Below, in pieces: positions 60,772-64,000 of a stretch of 64,000 nucleotides of DNA. The translations under genes were made by a program, and so were the position numbers. The stretch spans positions 1 through 64,000 of the forward strand of contig JBBRLX010000017.1 of the NCBI GenBank assembly GCA_038231135.1, written 5' to 3'. How positions within the stretch are numbered: position 1 is the stretch's first letter; each line of letters opens with the position of its first letter. Under the pieces are notes generated by a model. The model was not told where the DNA came from. It did not search any database and saw only the letters and a program-made list of their open reading frames with translations. This stretch comes from Candidatus Eiseniibacteriota bacterium. Its GTDB lineage: Bacteria > Eisenbacteria > RBG-16-71-46.

Positions 60772-60815
60772 GGCCCCGTAGCTCAGATGGATGGAGCAGC
60801 GCCTTCCTAAGCCGC
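60772..60815 (+). pseudogene. 5'-half tRNA-Arg(CCT) relic
   Basis: GGCCCCG-TA-GCTCAG..GGA..GAGC-A-GCGCC-TTCCTAA-GCCGC: acceptor 5' strand, D arm and anticodon arm; no T arm or 3' end. Confidence 0.75.
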
Positions 60816-63404
60816 CCGCCCCAGCCTCCGCGCCAGCGCCGTATCGATCACCCGCTGCACGTCCTCGATCGTAAACGGCTTCGCGATCACGTCCTCGATC
60901 TCGGTCTGCAGCATCGCGTCGCGCGACACGTCCTCCGCCCAGCCGGTGACGAACGCCAGCATGACGTCGGGGTCCAGCGCGCGCACGACGCCTGCCACCT
61001 GCCAGCCGGTGAGTCCCGGCATGCCGATGTCGGTGATCACCAGTTGGAACTGGCCCGGGATGTAGGCGCTCAGTGCCTCGAGGCCGGTGGAGTACGTGGT
61101 CACGCGGTGGCCGAGCATGCGCAGGATGTCGCCGAGCAGGTCGCGCACCGCCTCCTCGTCGTCGATCACCAGCACTTCGAGTGGCTCTTCCGCGCGGCGG
61201 ATCACGGTCGGCGCGGTGGGTACGGTGACCGGCCGCTGGCTCGTGAGCGGCAGCGACACCTCGATCCGCGAGCCGTGTCCGGGGCGGCTCGACACCTCGA
61301 TGGTGCCGTCGTGGCGCTGCACGATGCCGTACGCCACCGACATGCCGAGCCCGGTGCCGCTCTCGCCCTTCGTGGTGAAGAACGGCTCGAACAGCCGGCG
61401 GCGGGTGTCCTCGCTCATGCCGACGCCGTCGTCCTCGATGACCGTGACCGCGGAGCCCGCGGAGCGGCGCGCGGTGATGCGGATCGTGCCGCCATCGGGC
61501 ATCGCGTCCACGGCGTTCAGCAGCAGGTTCGTGAACACCTCGCGCAGCTCGTGCGGGCGGCCTTGGACCCACAGCCCCTCCGCCACGTCGACCTCCACCG
61601 TGATCGAGCGGCCCGCGGCCAGCGCCTCGTTGGACCAGCGCGGCTTCGTGAACTCGGCCGAGTCGCGAATCACGGCCTCGAGCTCCATGGGCTCGGCCGT
61701 TGCCTGTTCGCCCGCGCGGCCGAACAGCCGCAGCCGGCGCACGGTCTCGGCGCCGTCCTGCGCGACGCGCTCGATGATCTCGAGCGACTGGCACAGCGCC
61801 CGGGGCTCCGCCGTGCCCTGCTCGATCGCGCGCCGTAGCAACTGCGCGCGGCCGAGGATTGCGCCCAGGATGTTGTTGAATTCGTGCGCCACGCCGGACG
61901 CCATCTCGCCTGCGACCCGCAGCATGCCGGACTGGACGAGCACGTCGCGTGTGCGCTCCAGCTCGGCGATCGCGCGCTCCAGGCTGTGGTTGAGACGCGC
62001 GCCGCGCAGCGCCGACGACAGGTGGCTCGCGAGCCCGGCGACGATCTCCGCCTCGCGCCAGTCGAACGCCCCGGGGTTGCGCGACACCAGCACCAGCAGC
62101 GCCGGCGGCCCCAGCTCGAGCGTGAGCGGCACCAGCAGTGCGGCGCGGTGGCCGTCGGCGCGCAGCGCGCGCGCGAACTCGGTGTCCTCCGTGTCGAGCG
62201 CCACCCGCGTCGAGGCCTCGACCGTGTCCACGCGGAACACCAGTTCGTGGTCCAGCGGCTCGTCCTCGCGCAGCACGGACCAGCGGTTCGGCGGGTCGAG
62301 ATAGGCGATCTCGAGCGCCGAGCCGTCCTCGCTCGGTACCGCGAGCGCCACCCCGTCGCATTGCGCCACGCGCCGCACGTGGGTGGCGACGAGCTGGAAC
62401 ACCTCGCGCGGCTCGTGCGTGACACGCGCCTCGCGGGCGATCGCCAGCACGGCGTCGGTGGCGGTGTTCATGCGTCCCGCTTCGCTGGATGCCAGCTGGC
62501 GCGCTTCGCCGAGCGCCTCCGCCATCGTGTTCATCGAGTGCGCGAGCGCCCCGAGCTCGTCGTCGCCCCGCACCGGCAGCCGGCGCGCGAGCTGGCCCTG
62601 GGCGATCTCTTGCGCCAGCTCGCTGGCCTCGCGCAGCGGCCGCACCGCGAAGCCCACCAGCGCCGAGATCGCGAAGAAGCCGAGGGTGAGCGCCCCGAGC
62701 AGCATGAGGAATCCCATCCGCGCCGCCAGCGCCACGGCTTCATCCATGCGCACCGTCGACACCACGAGCCGCACCTTGCCGAGCACCGTGCCCGGCCGCG
62801 GGAGCGGAGGCGCGTCCGTTCCCGGAGGGCCCGCCGCCGGCGCCACCGCGTGCGCGATGATCGGCGCCTCGACGGCGAACGTGCGGGGGCCTGAGGCCCT
62901 GCCGTCCCCGGGCGCCGCCGGCGTGGCGTCGCCCGAGTTCCAGCCTGCGACCCGCTTGCCCGAGCCATCGAACACTGCGATGTCGACCAGGTCGCGATCC
63001 GCTCCGGCGTAACGGGCTTCATTCGCGGTTTCGCGCAGATTCCCGGCCACGAGCGGGCCGGCGGTGCGTTCGGCGAGCTGCTCGGCCGACGCGTGCGCGC
63101 GCGAATGCAGTTCGTGCGTGAGCCAGTTGTGGGCGAGCGTGGTGAGCAGCGCCTCGAATCCCGCGGCCTGCACTGCGAGGCCCGCGAGCAGCAGCAGCGC
63201 CACGCGAATCCGAAAGCCGCCGAGTCGCCGGAGCAGGCCCGACCTCGGCACCGCCGATCCGGACGGCCCCGGGGCGGCGGCGGGCGCCGCCGGCCGTGCC
63301 GCGCGTTGTGCGGCCGAATACGCCGGCCGTGGTTCACGTGGCGGGGAAGCTGCCGTCACCGGCTCGACGTGCGCGGGACTCACGTCGGAGTCGCCGCCCG
63401 TCAC
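60807..63404 (-). CDS. Hybrid sensor histidine kinase (TM-HAMP-GAF-HisKA-HATPase-REC)
   Basis: DELGALA..MN.M, AHEFNN, NLLLNA, DDGVGM, FFTTK, GTGLG, VIDDE, TDIGMP, KPF; start uncertain. Confidence 0.9.
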   Translation of the reverse strand: MTGGDSDVSPAHVEPVTAASPPREPRPAYSAAQRAARPAAPAAAPGPSGSAVPRSGLLRRLGGFRIRVALLLLAGLAVQAAGFEALLTTLAHNWLTHELHSRAHASAEQLAERTAGPLVAGNLRETANEARYAGADRDLVDIAVFDGSGKRVAGWNSGDATPAAPGDGRASGPRTFAVEAPIIAHAVAPAAGPPGTDAPPLPRPGTVLGKVRLVVSTVRMDEAVALAARMGFLMLLGALTLGFFAISALVGFAVRPLREASELAQEIAQGQLARRLPVRGDDELGALAHSMNTMAEALGEARQLASSEAGRMNTATDAVLAIAREARVTHEPREVFQLVATHVRRVAQCDGVALAVPSEDGSALEIAYLDPPNRWSVLREDEPLDHELVFRVDTVEASTRVALDTEDTEFARALRADGHRAALLVPLTLELGPPALLVLVSRNPGAFDWREAEIVAGLASHLSSALRGARLNHSLERAIAELERTRDVLVQSGMLRVAGEMASGVAHEFNNILGAILGRAQLLRRAIEQGTAEPRALCQSLEIIERVAQDGAETVRRLRLFGRAGEQATAEPMELEAVIRDSAEFTKPRWSNEALAAGRSITVEVDVAEGLWVQGRPHELREVFTNLLLNAVDAMPDGGTIRITARRSAGSAVTVIEDDGVGMSEDTRRRLFEPFFTTKGESGTGLGMSVAYGIVQRHDGTIEVSSRPGHGSRIEVSLPLTSQRPVTVPTAPTVIRRAEEPLEVLVIDDEEAVRDLLGDILRMLGHRVTTYSTGLEALSAYIPGQFQLVITDIGMPGLTGWQVAGVVRALDPDVMLAFVTGWAEDVSRDAMLQTEIEDVIAKPFTIEDVQRVIDTALARRLGRAA

Positions 63405-64000
63405 GAAGCGACCGCCGGAAAGACTGCCGCGGGGTGCGCTCCGGGCATCATGAGTTCCTGCCGGCGGCGGCCGCCGGTGATACCCCGAAGGCATTGCATG
63501 TCCGGGTTTTCGGCGGCACGGACGCGTGACGTGAGCATGGGAATCCGGGCCATCCGACCCTGCGCGGGCCGCGGCACTGCGCCGCCAGGCTCCACGCCCC
63601 GGAAACCAGGCCTCCGAAATACGCGGGTCACCGCCCCGATGTCGTTGTCGTGCAACCAAGTGTGTGCACCGTCGCCGGCTGGCGCGCCGCTTGCGATAGC
63701 CATGACAAGACGTCCATCGCAACGTATCGGAACGGGGATCTCGCGTCGCTAGGAAACGGCGCCGCGGAATCCGCGCGGTTCGGGTGCCGCCCACATCGAA
63801 TGATGGCGGGCGGAAAGGGCTCCCGGCCTCTACGAAACCGATGGATGTCAACCACTAATCGCTTCGGGGTCCCGCGAGGGGCCTCGTTCCGTTTTTCGCC
63901 CAGCGACGGGAGACTCCTCTGACCGTTCCCCTCCACATCGCCGTGCCCGCGCTGACGCTCGTGGCCGTCGCCACGCTGATCGAGATGCGCACGCGGCGCG

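Noticed and set aside
63405..64000. N-terminal 149 aa of the kinase ORF and a possible gene starting at the right edge
   Set aside because: Kinase extension looks like non-coding read-through; the edge ORF is too short to support

Overview
High-GC bacterial chromosome segment. FlgD-Ig and SWGxxKxxYR C-terminal motifs point to an FCB-group candidate lineage such as Ca. Eisenbacteria; this is an inference. Bases 1-15.35 kb are accessory DNA made of two related tyrosine-integrase elements stacked in tandem upstream of tRNA-Ser(CGA). The complete element B (about 12.0 kb) is bounded by a perfect 45-bp direct repeat (3256-3300 and 15259-15303) that copies the 5' half of the tRNA. It has matching paired arm-type repeats at both ends. 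It encodes an integrase, two excisionase-like HTH proteins, a small serine recombinase and a Prim-Pol/SF3 primase-helicase. Its cargo is a GmrSD-like DUF262 defence protein and two secreted proteins. The older element A is broken by an IS256/integrase fusion and is preceded by an orphan Rhs toxin tip and a probable immunity gene. Most of the rest is core genome: tRNA-Ser(GGA), tRNA-Ala, ffs-dnaX-ybaB-recR, mglBA, pgpA, cinA-recA-recX-alaS, an rmlA-like gene, gmhA, a UbiA-family gene, ispE-spoVG-tRNA-Gln-prs-rplY-pth-rpsF-ssb-rpsR-rplI, a PPIase, TonB, an amidase and a liv-type ABC transporter. A second isolated 5'-half tRNA relic (Arg-CCT, 60772-60815) supplies the stop codon of a convergent hybrid histidine kinase. 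All calls come from reading the sequence and motifs by eye; no searches were run.
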